Shown piece after piece: positions 26,888 through 39,544 of a DNA stretch of 64,000 nucleotides. The notes beneath the pieces were generated by a model. That model had not been told where the DNA came from, did no database searches, and was given only the letters and a program-made list of their open reading frames with translations. Origin of the DNA: Eledone cirrhosa (lineage: Eukaryota); contig OZ024742.1 of the NCBI GenBank assembly GCA_964016885.1, positions 144,336,001-144,400,000 on the forward strand, written 5' to 3'. The position numbers and the translations under genes are program-made. Each line of letters begins with the position of its first letter. Within the stretch, counting starts at the first letter, position 1.

Positions 26888-27921
26888 AAAAAATAATGAT
26901 GGCGAAAATTAAGAAGAAAAACTTGTCATGAATAATGAAAATGAATTTGAAGCAGTGCAATAATTTGAAGCCATTTGAAGTGTTTTAAGTGAGACTATAC
27001 ACTAATCGAGGAAGAAGGAATTTGTCGGTTGTTGTTTTAATCATAAGAGGGTTATGACTTTTTAAGTAGTATATCAGACTGGAAAGTCAAGTATTATACT
27101 ATAGACGAAGGTCAAGAGCGGCCTAACAGCTTCCTATAAGTGAGGACCACTTATGGGTAGTGCACACCTATTTATTCCTAAAGAACGAATATAGTTTATC
27201 AGAGTTTTCTCTTTAGTATTGATTGAAAACGAGCCAATGTGGTAATCAATACATAGTAGCTCTTCATGCTAGAAATTGTAACCAAACCACCCTCAACTGG
27301 CTTAAGAAAATATATATATATTAGATTATGTAATCCTAAATAGATTGGGTAGTCACGAGCACAATGCCGCCTTTGATCATAGATCAAGGATCTGCTGTCA
27401 GTGAACAACAATTGGTTGAAAAGTAATAATAAAAAACAGCTACCAATAAAATATAGATCATCAAATTTTAAATTCATCCTATTTTTGAAATTCACTCTTT
27501 TTAAATAATATCTTTATTATTTCAAATAATAGTTAGATCAAAAGCATTCTGTATATCGTAATAAGACTGCTGTCATATTTGATCATTGTTGTTGGTTTTG
27601 AGGGATGAGATGTGTGTGTGAAAATTCTATAATATTCAACATTGTAGATTAGCTAAAACAAAATAGAATAATAATTTTATGAGCAATTTTAAAACTACGT
27701 ATGTAAAATAATTATGGTAGTACTTAAATGAATGGAGTTGATATTAAATATTTGCAGTCGAATCCAATCGAGGGTTTTCTCACTCCTGTTTGAGGAACCT
27801 CCTTCCTGGTTGACCTTCTCCAATTTCTGTTTGGTTTTGGCCATATCTTCACCACTCTTGGCCAATTGCAGGTTGGTGAAGGCATTTAAACTATATTTAC
27901 AGTAGTTGCAAAATTGTTAAA

Positions 27922-28190
27922 GGTAGAGTCGTTAGAACGCCGGATAGAATGATTTGCTGTATCCGTTCTGGCTCTCTGAATTCAAATCCCGTCGAGGTCA
28001 ACTTTGCCATTTATCCTTTCGAGGTCGATAAAAAAAAGTACCGCACTGGGTTGCCCCCCCCCCTCTCTCCCTCGAAGAAATCGGCTCTATTTAAACTTAG
28101 AGAGGAAATGGGCCTCCGCCAGGATTTAAATTGACCAAGGAACTCCGTATGCCACAACGGTGCCCCTTCGACTCAACTACAGACTACAGG
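27922..28190 (+). mobile_element. Composite SINE plus module (copy 3)
   Basis: Homologous to 19819-20132. Confidence 0.65.
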
Positions 28191-28238
28191 TACAAAAGCA
28201 AAAGCAAGGTTATAAAAAGAGATATTGATTGTCATATA

Positions 28239-28406
28239 CCGTATTTCCTGGCGTCGAAGAGGCTACTTTTTTCCTAAAATAAGTCTCAAAAATCTACCAT
28301 GCGTCCTGGAGGCCGAAGGTTGTTTATTATTTTTTCCAAAATTTTTGCTTGTCAAAATTAGGGTGCATCCTCGAAGACGAAGCGTCCTCGGCGCCGGGAA
28401 ATGCGG
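28239..28406. mobile_element. Tc1/mariner-pogo-type MITE
   Basis: TIRs CCGTATTTCCTGGCGTCGAAGA and TCCTCGGCGCCGGGAAATGCGG, with a TA TSD on both sides. Confidence 0.8.
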
Positions 28407-29344
28407 TAATCAGTTGTACTTCCCATGTTACAGTAAGATCTGTTCTTAAAACTAAAAGCTTTATAGTAATATATAAGCTACAGACTACAGGCAATCGATC
28501 TTCCTAATTATTCCTTTACGTGAAAATTTTCCGTATCATCGCTTCTCTTCTGTAAATTTAATGGTTTGTGACAAATTAAGAGATATTTACAGAATATCAG
28601 AAGGGCAGATAGATTTTTACATTAAACGCTAAATTCCATTTCCATTTATCTCCTTCAGCCTTGACATATATCCGCCTATTCGTCTCTGTTTACCTTTCAA
28701 GGCTTCAAGCATTTCAAATTAAGTGACTCAGTTTATCTGTAACGTGGTAGAGATAGTGATGAAATCTAAAGCCAAAACTAAAATAAAATAAAAAAAAATT
28801 ATCGATTGAGATTTCAAACAAAGGACGAGCGTAAAGCATGTTTCACAGTTACCTCCATAAAAACTCAATTCTCTTTTCTATGTCTGTCATTTTGGGGTGA
28901 TAGGTATAAACAGACTTTGAAAGATACAACGCTGTTGGAGGCTCTGATGATTCTATTGGCAGATTTAGTCACTCGTTCCAAGAAGGAACTAGAGAAAATA
29001 GATACATATCTATTTTTATGGAATCTTCAGACGAAGGAAACATACTTACTGCGACGTGAGCCACAGAAGAAAATAAAAAGGCAATGTAAAATATATATAA
29101 ATAAATAAGATAAAATAACATGAAGTAAATGAAGAGCGTTGTTGTTTCTGACAAGACTGACAGATTGTCTAAGGTATCTTTTGCTGGAAACACTAGCCGA
29201 AAATTGAGTTCTTTCCGGCAGATATCTGTGTTGACAAGAGCAGTGATTCAGAACAAAGCAAAGCCTCATTTTAAGTAATGCATGCCTTTGTAGCCATTAT
29301 ACCCCATCATCGAGGTGTTTTTATATCGACAGGACCAAAAATGC

Positions 29345-29371
29345 TTTATGTATATACGCATGTGTGTATGT

Positions 29372-29407
<36 letters not shown>

Positions 29408-29408
29408 A

Positions 29409-29444
<36 letters not shown>

Positions 29445-29520
29445 TGTATGTATGTATGTATGTGTATGTTTGTATGTATATATGTATGTATGTATGTATA
29501 TATATATATATGTATGTATG

Positions 29521-29580
<60 letters not shown>

Positions 29581-29636
29581 TATATATATATGTATATATA
29601 TGTATATATATATGTATATATATATATGTATATGTG

Positions 29637-29734
<98 letters not shown>

Positions 29735-29858
29735 TATAGTTATTTATATGTATATGTGTATATATATATATATGTATGTATATGTGTATATATGTATATA
29801 TATATATATGTATGTATATGTGTATATATGTATATATATATATGTGCGTATATATGTA

Positions 29859-29919
<61 letters not shown>

Positions 29920-29945
29920 ATGTATACACACACACACACACACAT
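29345..29945. repeat. Long (TA)n/(TATG)n/(CA)n compound microsatellite
   Basis: Direct inspection; source of the spurious Y/I/M/C ORFs. Confidence 0.95.
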
Positions 29946-30424
29946 GTAGCACATGACTTACTCCGTTCTTTTACAGGGAAATGTCAATAATCGATGAAAT
30001 GTACTGCTGCTTTTATTTCTGGTCTTTGTTTCCATAAAAGTAGTGGTTCTATTTCATACACTTGTGTATGTGTATCTATTGTTTGAGCGTAGGAGGACTC
30101 GACACATATCTTCTGGGAACTTATTATAGTGTAGTTGTATAGCCCAAGGACATTCCTGATAAAAGGCTTTCTAGTCCCGACCATCCCATCGTATATTCAG
30201 ATATTGTATTTAGAGGACTGTATTATCGAATGAGTCCTTTCCTGATTAAAAAATAAAAATGACAGTGTCGTTTGAGGAAGATTTGTCGGCGTTTTCTTGC
30301 AAATCTAGAGACCATGTAGAGGTGCTTTGACTAATTTTATTTATAATTAATAGTGGCATTACATCCACGAACTAACCTTCATTCATTTACGTGTCTAATT
30401 ATATTTATTGTTGACGAATAAGTT

Positions 30425-30630
30425 GTTGTTTCTCCGCAGGTCAACCTTGATTAAACAAACCTATGATCAAAGTCATTCCAGTTCTAACCATTCAGTCTCT
30501 ATTCAGTGTAAACAAGACTATATTTATCCAATGCCAACTTCCTTTCCTGTTTTGTTTTGTTTTTAAATAGTGTTTGTCATTTGAGGGAGATTTTGTTGCT
30601 TTTTCTAGTAAGTTCAATGGCTACGTAACT
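30425..30630 (+). repeat. Interspersed repeat family R
   Basis: CAGGTCAACCTTGAT..CCTATGATCAAAGTCATTCCAG..TTTGAGGGAGATTTTG. Other copies at about 30150, 35530, 40030, 40870, 54090, 56640, 57300 and 58270. Confidence 0.6.
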
Positions 30631-30933
30631 CTTCATCGGCATCTCCAATAAGTAGCTATGTTTAATGTAAAGTTGCTGTAAGTCATTGAAAAACTGCAGG
30701 AATGTTGTTTTAGAATAGAACTTTCCCAACATTTTTACAATCACAACACAATTTTAAAAAATATAATTTTCAGATAGTCACAAAGCACTCATTTTCGTCC
30801 AGAGTAAACACAAAGTTAAGAAAGTGCGATACCAAGAATAAAGCGACCAAATTCAGTGGACACAGTTTATACTACAACAACGATAAATACAAACAGGTTG
30901 AAGACTAACATGGACCATCTCGACTAGATAAGA

Positions 30934-31009
<76 letters not shown>

Positions 31010-31012
<3 letters not shown>

Positions 31013-31562
31013 GATAAATCTACCAAGAGTTTACGGTAGTGTCCAATCCGTATGAAGAACTCAATGTAATCCGGATATCATGGAAAGAAGAGATACATTC
31101 AAAAATCACTTTCGGTGAAAGATAAACGGAATACAGAGTCAAGATAAACTATTAAAAAAATAATGAATAAAACAATGAAACAGTTCCTTATATTAAACAA
31201 AAAAAGTTCATTATTTAACGATCGTTTCTAGGACATATATGTGTTAGAATTGGCATGCATATTCAACAGATCTATGTACAAAATTATACAAAATTATACA
31301 AACTATCAAAATTAAATATACATACCAACTCATATATATGCCGTCTTCAGAAATAATAATTATTTCTGAAGACGGCATATGTATGTGTTGGTATGTATAT
31401 TATATTTGATAGTTTGTATAATTTTGTATAATTTTGTACATAGATCTGTTGAATATGCATGCCAATTCTAACACATATATGTCCTAGAAACGATCGTTAA
31501 ATAATGAACTTTTTTTGTTTAATATAAGGAACTGTTTCATTGTTTTATTCATTATTTTTTAA
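31010..31562. mobile_element. Fold-back Penelope-like insert in (TA)n
   Basis: About 205-bp arms at 31152-31357 and 31359-31562, plus a unique tail at 31010-31151. Confidence 0.85.
31359..31505 (+). ncRNA. Type I hammerhead ribozyme with a long stem II insertion (mirror copy on - strand)
   Basis: ATTATTT-CTGAAGA-[114 nt; GGCATATGTATGTGTT..AACACATATATGTCC]-GAAA-CGATCG-TT-AAATAAT. Confidence 0.75.
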
Positions 31563-31800
31563 ATATTTTATATATATATATATACAGTACATTGTTCGGT
31601 ATTGTTACGAAAAGGTGTAGCAGAGAATCCCGCGGGAACTAACAGTTCGGGAGGAAACTGCTTACCTCGAAGATTCATTCGCCATCGTTCTTGTCAACGC
31701 TCCGTATATATATATATATACATCATTATTACTATTATTATTATTATTATTATTATTAAATAAATAAATAAATAATAAAGAAATCATTATTATTATTATT

Positions 31801-31985
31801 GCGGTGGATTGGCAGTATCGGTAGAGGGTCGGACGCCATGCTTTCCAGCATAGAGTTACGTCCCTTTACGATCTGAGTTCAAATCCCGCCGAGGTTGACT
31901 TTGCCTTTCATCCTTACGGGGTCGATAAAATAAAGTACCAGTAATGCACTGGGTAATTGCTGGCCTTGTGCCTAAAGTAGAAACA

Positions 31986-32031
<46 letters not shown>

Positions 32032-32140
32032 CCGCCGAGGTTGACTTTGCCTTTCATCCTTACGGGGTCGATAAAATAAAGTACCAGTAATGCACTGGGT
32101 AATTGCTGGCCTTGTGCCAAAAGTAGAAACAATTATTATT
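31801..32140 (+). mobile_element. SINE S1, full copy plus a 5'-truncated tandem copy, in (ATT)n
   Basis: Full copy at 31801-31990; partial copy at 32031-32135 after the (ATT)n tail. Confidence 0.9.
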
Positions 32141-33019
32141 ATTATTATTGGATGGTTAGTACACTTTAATTTATTCTCTTAATTGATCTGTATTAGTCTT
32201 TCCTTTCGTAGAAAATATGCTCAGCACTCTGGTAGTTTTCTATACCCTATGATTAAAAACATACCTCTATGTCTACTTCTCTCTATATACTGATTTATAT
32301 ATAGTAGCAATAGTTTGGTAAACATATCCAAGGTATATAGCAGCTCAAGTCCGAGGGCGAGTTTTAATATAATTATTAAACAGCAGCATACCAGGCAATT
32401 AAGTTTCGTTAGTCCGGAGAACCAACTTGTTGAACCTGTGCCGTTGAAAATGTTGTTATATATATGCATCATCAACGTTACTTCCAGAAGGACATGGTAG
32501 CCCTGTTGCCTCATTGTATGTCATCATTTAGAATTAGAAACGATTATATTAGCATTGGTGCCCTAAAACCACTGCATATTGACCGTCAGTTTTAGAAAGG
32601 TGAAAAGGGATTTATACACACAATCTATATATGTGTCAACTGATTTTCCAGGTCAATTCAGCTGCCAATTGGATTTAAACGTGTTCAGATATTGATTCGT
32701 TTCACACTTATATGATTAGATGGTTTTATCATAATATTGTCATTTATTATGATTCTATCTTGTAATTGTTTAGCAGTAATCCTCTCTGGAGACAACAGTT
32801 GTTTATTTTTCAATATAACCATCAAACTAACATTTTACAATCACTGTTACCTTTCAAAAGAAGGACAAATGTAAAAAAAGAATATGTCTATCGGTTTAAA
32901 AGACGAAAAACAAAGAACACATTAATCAGAACACATTACTAGTTTTACTAAAACAGAAATAGCATAATCCTTTAAAATAAGACTCCCCTCGCTCTCTCAA
33001 TACATATATATACATATAT

Positions 33020-33144
<125 letters not shown>

Positions 33145-33259
33145 ATCGGTGCTTTGAGAAAACAACACCAAACTTCAGCACTGAGCATATTGAAATAGCA
33201 GAAGTAAGGTTTATTCCATCGTTATGTTTTTGTTTTTTTTCTGTACAAATTCTAGATGG

Positions 33260-33314
33260 CTGATGAGGTCATAGCTGTTGCATAATGGTTATCACCGAAA
33301 TATATATAACAGCG
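33260..33314 (+). ncRNA. Hammerhead ribozyme core (stem I poorly paired) in a (TA)n-bounded insert at 33141-33352
   Basis: CTGATGA-GGTCATAGCTGTTG-CA-TAATGGTTATCACC-GAAA-TATATA-TA-ACAGCG. Confidence 0.6.
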
Positions 33315-33348
33315 AATATGAATAAACGAGGTTAATTTTAAACTACTT

Positions 33349-33403
<55 letters not shown>

Positions 33404-34319
33404 CATAGCTTTAAGTTAAGGAGTTCTCTTCGTAACCACGTGGTTTCCTGTTGACTTCCACCACGTAGCATCTTGCTCAAATGTCTTCAACCTATACCTG
33501 CAGGTTAACCAATTTCTTATGAAACTGAACTGGGATACTTTAAGGTGTTAAAGATATGCTTGTTGTTTAGGCCTAGGTAAACTATTATCGTTATGATTTG
33601 TGATCAAAGGCATTCTAATCCGGTGGCTATGTAAAGAATTACTTTGTGTAATGCGGTGTTAACCCAAAATGAGTTCTGCAAAAAATCCCGGAAATCCGCG
33701 AGTTGTATCTTTCAATAAAATATTTTATATGAATAAATCCCCTCTCTGAAATAAGTTTTGTATATATTTAAAGCCTTATCAGAGTGAGGATGGTGAGATT
33801 GTTTGTAAAATATAGGTATGGGTTCCGCGGGAAATTGAGATTGAGAACCGCTGGTCTAATGTTATTTCTTTTTTTTTTTTTAATGTTTGAGGAGGATTTG
33901 ACTACTATTTTTAGTAGACCGAGCGACCACGCGCGTAGAATCTCCCTTGTTTGCTCGTTAATGTTATGGTGTCATCTGCACTACAACACCGCTTCTCTGC
34001 GGTAAATAAGTTATAGAGCACAAAACAGTGCAACAGCAAATTGTAACTCATTAACCGATAACTAATTACTACTTCACAATAACAAATTAATATTTCATGC
34101 TAAAACACGGATTTTTAAAAAACCATTTCCCCGTATTCGTCACTGCTTCCCCCTCTTTCCTCTCCCCCTACCCCTTCCTAGCCATCTCATCCCAGTTAAC
34201 GCTATTCTCTTTAATCTTTAAGCATAACACGGCTGTGTAAATATTTCGAAGTAGATTGCTGTTATTGGTGGGCGGTGAACGATTGCGAACCGAAGTCAAT
34301 TAATTAGCATAATAATAAT

Positions 34320-34905
34320 AATTCTTTCTAACATTGACACATGGTCAGCAATTTGGAGGGAAGGGGAATGTCGATTTTATCGAACCCAGTACTTAACTGG
34401 TACTTTATTTGATCAAACCCGGAAGGATGAAAGGCAAAGTTGACCTCAGTGAATAATGAACGTAAAAAGCCTGAACAAATACCACAAAACATTTCTTCGA
34501 CGCTCTAACAGTTCCGTCAATCCATCAATAATTGTTTCTACTTTTGGCACAAGGCCAGTAATTACCCAGTGTATTACTGGTACTTTATTTTATCGACCCC
34601 GTAAGGATGAAAGGCAAAGTTAACCTCGGCGGAATTTGAACTCAGAATGGCAAGGGGCGTAACTCTATGCGTCAAAGCATGGCGTCCGACCCTCTGCCGA
34701 TACTGCCGAGCCACTGTCAATCCATCAATAATACTGATTGTTTCTAATCTAGGCACTTCTGAGGATTGGATAAGTCGGTTGCGTCGACTCCACTACTTGT
34801 CTGGTATTTTATGTTATCGACCACAAAAGGATGAAAGATAAAGATGAGGTTGGTGGGATGAAATACTGAAACGCCTTCTATCTGGTGCTCTAATGATCTG
34901 CCAAT
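34320..34905 (-). mobile_element. Three S1-related SINEs (old, young, old)
   Basis: A young copy at 34528-34707 lies between diverged copies at about 34320-34525 and 34735-34905. Confidence 0.8.
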
Positions 34906-35774
34906 AAACATGACTGTGGTGACGAATACAGTTGTGCCATTAACCTTTACACAACTCATTCTCTGCAGTAGAGCAAGTTTTATAAAGGATATAAACAGGA
35001 TAATATAACACCTTTGGCAATCTCATTAACTGCTTAATGTACACAACCACAAGGATATGGTCCGAACGTGGAAGAGCCGAACTCCCACTATCATCGCCTC
35101 CATCTCTCTGTATGGTGAGCAAATGGGGGTCCACGTGCTGGCCTCCCCACAGCCCCGGCGGACAGAATGGAGAATGCGTTTCTCCGGAGGATGAAGTCCG
35201 TTTCACAGTTACGTGGTTTCATGTTCGATCCCAATGCGCAGCACCTATGGCAAGAATGTTGCGTGAACCAAGGCATTATCAGTAACATTTAGTGGACAAA
35301 AACTGTGGATGTATCGTTATTGTTCTAGGGTGTCAGACTTAATACGTTCAGAAGTAAGTTAAACTCCCAACATCAGTATTTTAACTGCGATTGTGTTTAT
35401 TCGTTTCACTTCCTTCTTAAAACCTAATTTCATCATCGGTTTTGTGACATGGGGATGTGAAACAAGTGCCTCTCACTCTCTTATTCCTTTTAAGATGTGT
35501 CCTTTAGTTTCTAGTTAGTGGTATGGTTAAACATGTTCCAGCCGTAATCATTCGGCATATTTCCTCAGATATAGAGCACTCAACTCCACGTTACACAATG
35601 TGTCCAGCATTCGAAAACGATAAGGTGTGATTTGATGCAGATTTGTCTGCTGTCTTTAGCAGGTTGATGCTCCTCAAAACAGTTGAGGAAGATTTGGCTT
35701 CTATATATGGCACATCGAGCAACGGTGTAGAGGATTCATCCATTGCTGGCTTGTTAGGTATATATATGTGTGTA

Positions 35775-35808
<34 letters not shown>

Positions 35809-36177
35809 TACACACACACATATATATCTTCAAATGTTCCAATTTACTGAGGTGTTTGTTTTTCTTTGTAAAAAAATACACTGGTTCAGGCGACTGTTAG
35901 TTAAAGGGCTCTATTTTCTTAAGTATAGTAATATATTTACTCTAAAATAACCAAGTATTGTGAATTTTAGGAGCGAGGTACGTATATATGTGTGTGCCTG
36001 TGATTTTTATCTTCCCTTCTCTTTCAATTTCAACATGACAGCTTTATAAATGGGAAAGGTTATCAAATATTAACAAAGCATTAAAAAAAGAATAGCGGAT
36101 GTAGAAAACTGTTTCAAGATATAAGAACACACACGACTCATCTCTCTCTCTCTCACGCACACACATATGCACATAAA

Positions 36178-36256
<79 letters not shown>

Positions 36257-36259
<3 letters not shown>

Positions 36260-36320
36260 GAAAAGAGTCAGGATCCCGACGGCTGAGCTCTGGCCGTCTC
36301 GACAGCTAAATCCGAACTAA
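36257..36320 (-). mobile_element. Family B fragment
   Basis: CCCGACGGCTGAGCTCTGGCCGTCTCGACAGCTAAATCCGAACTAA, lying between (TG)n and (TA)n. Confidence 0.6.
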
Positions 36321-36342
36321 TATATATATATATATATATATA

Positions 36343-36522
36343 GGCGGTGGATTGGCAGTATCGGTGGAGGGTCGGACGCCATGCTTTCCAGCATAGTTAC
36401 GTCCCTTTACGATCTGAGTTCAAATCCCGCCGAGGTTGACTTTGCCTTTCATCCTTACGGGGTCGATAAAATAAAGTACCAGTAATGCACTGGGTAATTG
36501 GTGGCCTTGTGCCTAAAGTAGA

Positions 36523-36527
<5 letters not shown>
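36343..36527 (+). mobile_element. SINE S1
   Basis: Full-length match, with A and B boxes. Confidence 0.9.
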
Positions 36528-36579
<52 letters not shown>

Positions 36580-36917
36580 GGAAGTTCAGCATAATCGAAG
36601 CTCTGGCTGCAGCTAAGCTAACGAATGCAATCGGAATGTGCAGCTAAGCACTCAATAAGGTATTTTACTTTAGAATAATAACATTACGTTTAGACAGCTT
36701 TGCAAATTGAAGACTGCGACCGGCCAGCCAGCCGCAGAGATTAAGGTAACGAGAAAACTGACTCAGGATAATTTGACAAACCTGGACCATCGCGTCGATA
36801 TTATGCAATATCTCCGCTAGGTTTCTGTGAAATCCGAAATCAACAAAATCCACTTGCGGGGTATGCAAGTTATTCACACCCGCGCCGGGTGTGAGTTTTA
36901 GCAGTAACCAGTTCCCA

Positions 36918-36953
<36 letters not shown>

Positions 36954-37656
36954 ACATACATAATTTTGTTATGGTCGAAACAGTGTCCTGTTACTCAGGA
37001 ATTTAGCCTGTATATTGCCAGGGCCATCTGACAAGACTGTTAATTGGAAGAAACATTTCCAGAGAAAATTCCACATGGAAGGGAGAAGGGAGATGAACAC
37101 GAGGGTTGGAAAGAAAGAATTGATTGATAGAGACAAAGAAATTAAAACAGGGGAAGAAAAGGGAGAAATGAGCAAAAGGAAATGTGTATATATTTATTTT
37201 TGAGAAAACGTATTATGAAGGATATTATTTTAAATGTTAGTTTAAGAAGCAGTCAACAACCCAAAGACTATTTTTGAACTTCTGTTATTAACATATAATT
37301 CTTTCAATGTATGACATTCTTGCTAAGCTATCGATATTTCAAATTCGGGGATTGTTTTAACATTTGTCTTAATTCCTGCTTTATCGTGACTAGGCGCTGT
37401 TGGACCAAAATATTGATCGATTAAAATATTTGAAATTAAAAGAAAATTGTTGATGGCTACTTCGGCGCTCTCTTTCTCTCAGTCGCACACTGTCACATAC
37501 ACAAATACATATACTGTATTACGGTTATAAATGTCATTATGGTTCTCTTGATTATAATGACTGTCATTGTTGTTAAGCCCAAAGTTGTTTCTAATCCATC
37601 AGGTTTAAGATCAAAGACGCCGTGAAGTTTTAGGAGTGGCTGCGGTTAAAAAGGTA

Positions 37657-37832
37657 ATAATTGTTTCTACTTTAGGCACAAGGCCAGCAATTAACCAGTG
37701 CATTACTGGTACTTTATTCTATCGACCCCGTAAGGATGAAAGGCAAAGTCAACCTCGGCGGGATTTGAACTCAGATCGTAAAGGGACGTAACTATGCTGG
37801 AAAGCATGGCGTCCGACCCTCTACCGATACTG
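37657..37832 (-). mobile_element. SINE S1
   Basis: Reverse-complement match, 5' few bases missing. Confidence 0.9.
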
Positions 37833-37835
37833 ACA

Positions 37836-37931
37836 ATGGTTCCTCTTTCGACAAACACCATAACTAGACGAATTGATGAAATAGCGGAGGACATCGAAGC
37901 ACAGTTGTTATGGAGGATTAATGAGTCACCG
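37836..37931 (+). pseudogene. hAT (Buster/Charlie-type) transposase fragment
   Basis: Encodes VPLSTNTITRRIDEIAEDIEAQLLWRINESP, matching the PLSxxTxxRRI motif just upstream of the first catalytic Asp of Buster/ZBED5-like transposases. Confidence 0.75.
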
Positions 37932-38993
37932 GTATGTGGAGAAATTGTCTTGCATGACACCGGTCCGTGGCGCAAAAATGTTGGGACCGTTGATCTAACG
38001 TATTATTTACATTTTTAAAGACAGAAGATTGTGACCAAGACGTGTGACAGGTATTTCTAGTAGTTCCAGAAACTGTCCTGTTGGCTGGTGTTTTTAGCAG
38101 GCCGTCTACGTATAGATACCTCCTCCCTCGTAGTTCATTGATTATAATGAAGAGGAAAATAATGGTGACCCAATCAAATTTAATAATCTTCTCACAAATC
38201 ACAAAGGGTTTGCTTAATTCTAATTTCCAATTTCCGTTAAGCGGATGAGAAACAAATCCTGCCAACACCTCCACTACCTCACTCACGATTGTTAGTTAGT
38301 ATGTCACAGTTAAATTTCCGATAAAAAAAAAAAAAAGAATAAAGCTTGATTATCTATTCATATATTTCTACTTGAATTAACACAATGAAGCGGGTCAACG
38401 TGTCCTGCCAAGAAACTGAAGGAACGTATCAGTGTGGTTATCTAAGACAGACATAACATCGAGACAAATGTACAGAGATGCTATGCAGTGCCTGACTACT
38501 TCAGTACATACACATGCATATACTCATACTCGTACATACATACATAGAAGTGGAAGCTAACTCGTGTCCGAGTTCGATTGCTTCTTAGGCAAAATAAAAA
38601 ATAAAAAATGTTCAATTGTCAATAACGTGTTATTGGTGTTGCTCTCACTGATGTCGTAGATGGCTCATCAAACCAGGAAATGACTCACATGTCTATACTA
38701 CACAGTGTGCAGGTAAATTTCCTGCCTGCTTGAGTTTAATTGGCGTGGAATGTTTTGTGGTGCCGTGTTAGTCACTTTGGTACAGATGCCACATGTAAAA
38801 CCAAGGTGTATGGGGTACTCGAAGATGTTATTTCTATGAGTATGGTGTCTGATATGGATTAGTAGTCCAGCCTTTGACATGCATACATACACACACACAC
38901 CTACATGCATATAAGCACACTAAGCAGCCGATATGATACATTTATATCAGTGTATATGCAGCACAAGTAACCGAGACTGCATAAATGTTTATA

Positions 38994-39166
38994 CAGGTAA
39001 AATTCCGTTATAACGAATACCATTATAACGAATTTTTCAGTATAACGTACATCTTTTCAATCCCCGGCCATACGTTCTTTGAGTTAGGTCAATCTCGTTA
39101 TGAGGAATTTTTCGTTACAACGAATTTTTTATACGCCGTGAATTTCGTTATAACGGAATTTCACTA
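38994..39166. mobile_element. Tigger/pogo-like MITE
   Basis: TIRs CAGGTAAAATTCCGTTATAACGAA and TTCGTTATAACGGAATTTCACT, TA TSD, internal TATAACGAA subrepeats. Confidence 0.8.
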
Positions 39167-39513
39167 TAAGATATATCTTAACATCGTGTTTAACGACATG
39201 TAAACATGTTAAATTTTACGTATTTTCTTGGAAATTGAAAAATTGAATCGTTTTTCGAACCTTTTTAGGTTTTCATCAAATGTGTATACCATCTAAAAAA
39301 CCAGAAAAAAATACTTAACGGATCGGGTGGGGATGGGGTTTATATACCCTATCACTTAGCGTAATATCCTGAGATGAATGTACTAATTTGTATATGTTTA
39401 GTGCACTTCAGTGTGGTTTGCAATACATATCTAGCATGGAATAAACAAAATGAAAATACTAAATTGAATTTAGAACCATGAGTTACTGCTCACTACCACA
39501 ATCACGACTATTG

Positions 39514-39544
<31 letters not shown>

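Noticed and set aside
29278-29990. Long Y/I/M/C/V ORFs (also at 45.0-45.9 kb and 59.0-61.1 kb)
   Set aside because: Translations of (TA)n/(TG)n microsatellites that simply lack stop codons.
31801-31890. tRNA genes at A/B-box motifs
   Set aside because: A-B spacing is extended, there is no cloverleaf or poly-T terminator, and the motif is always followed by a SINE body.
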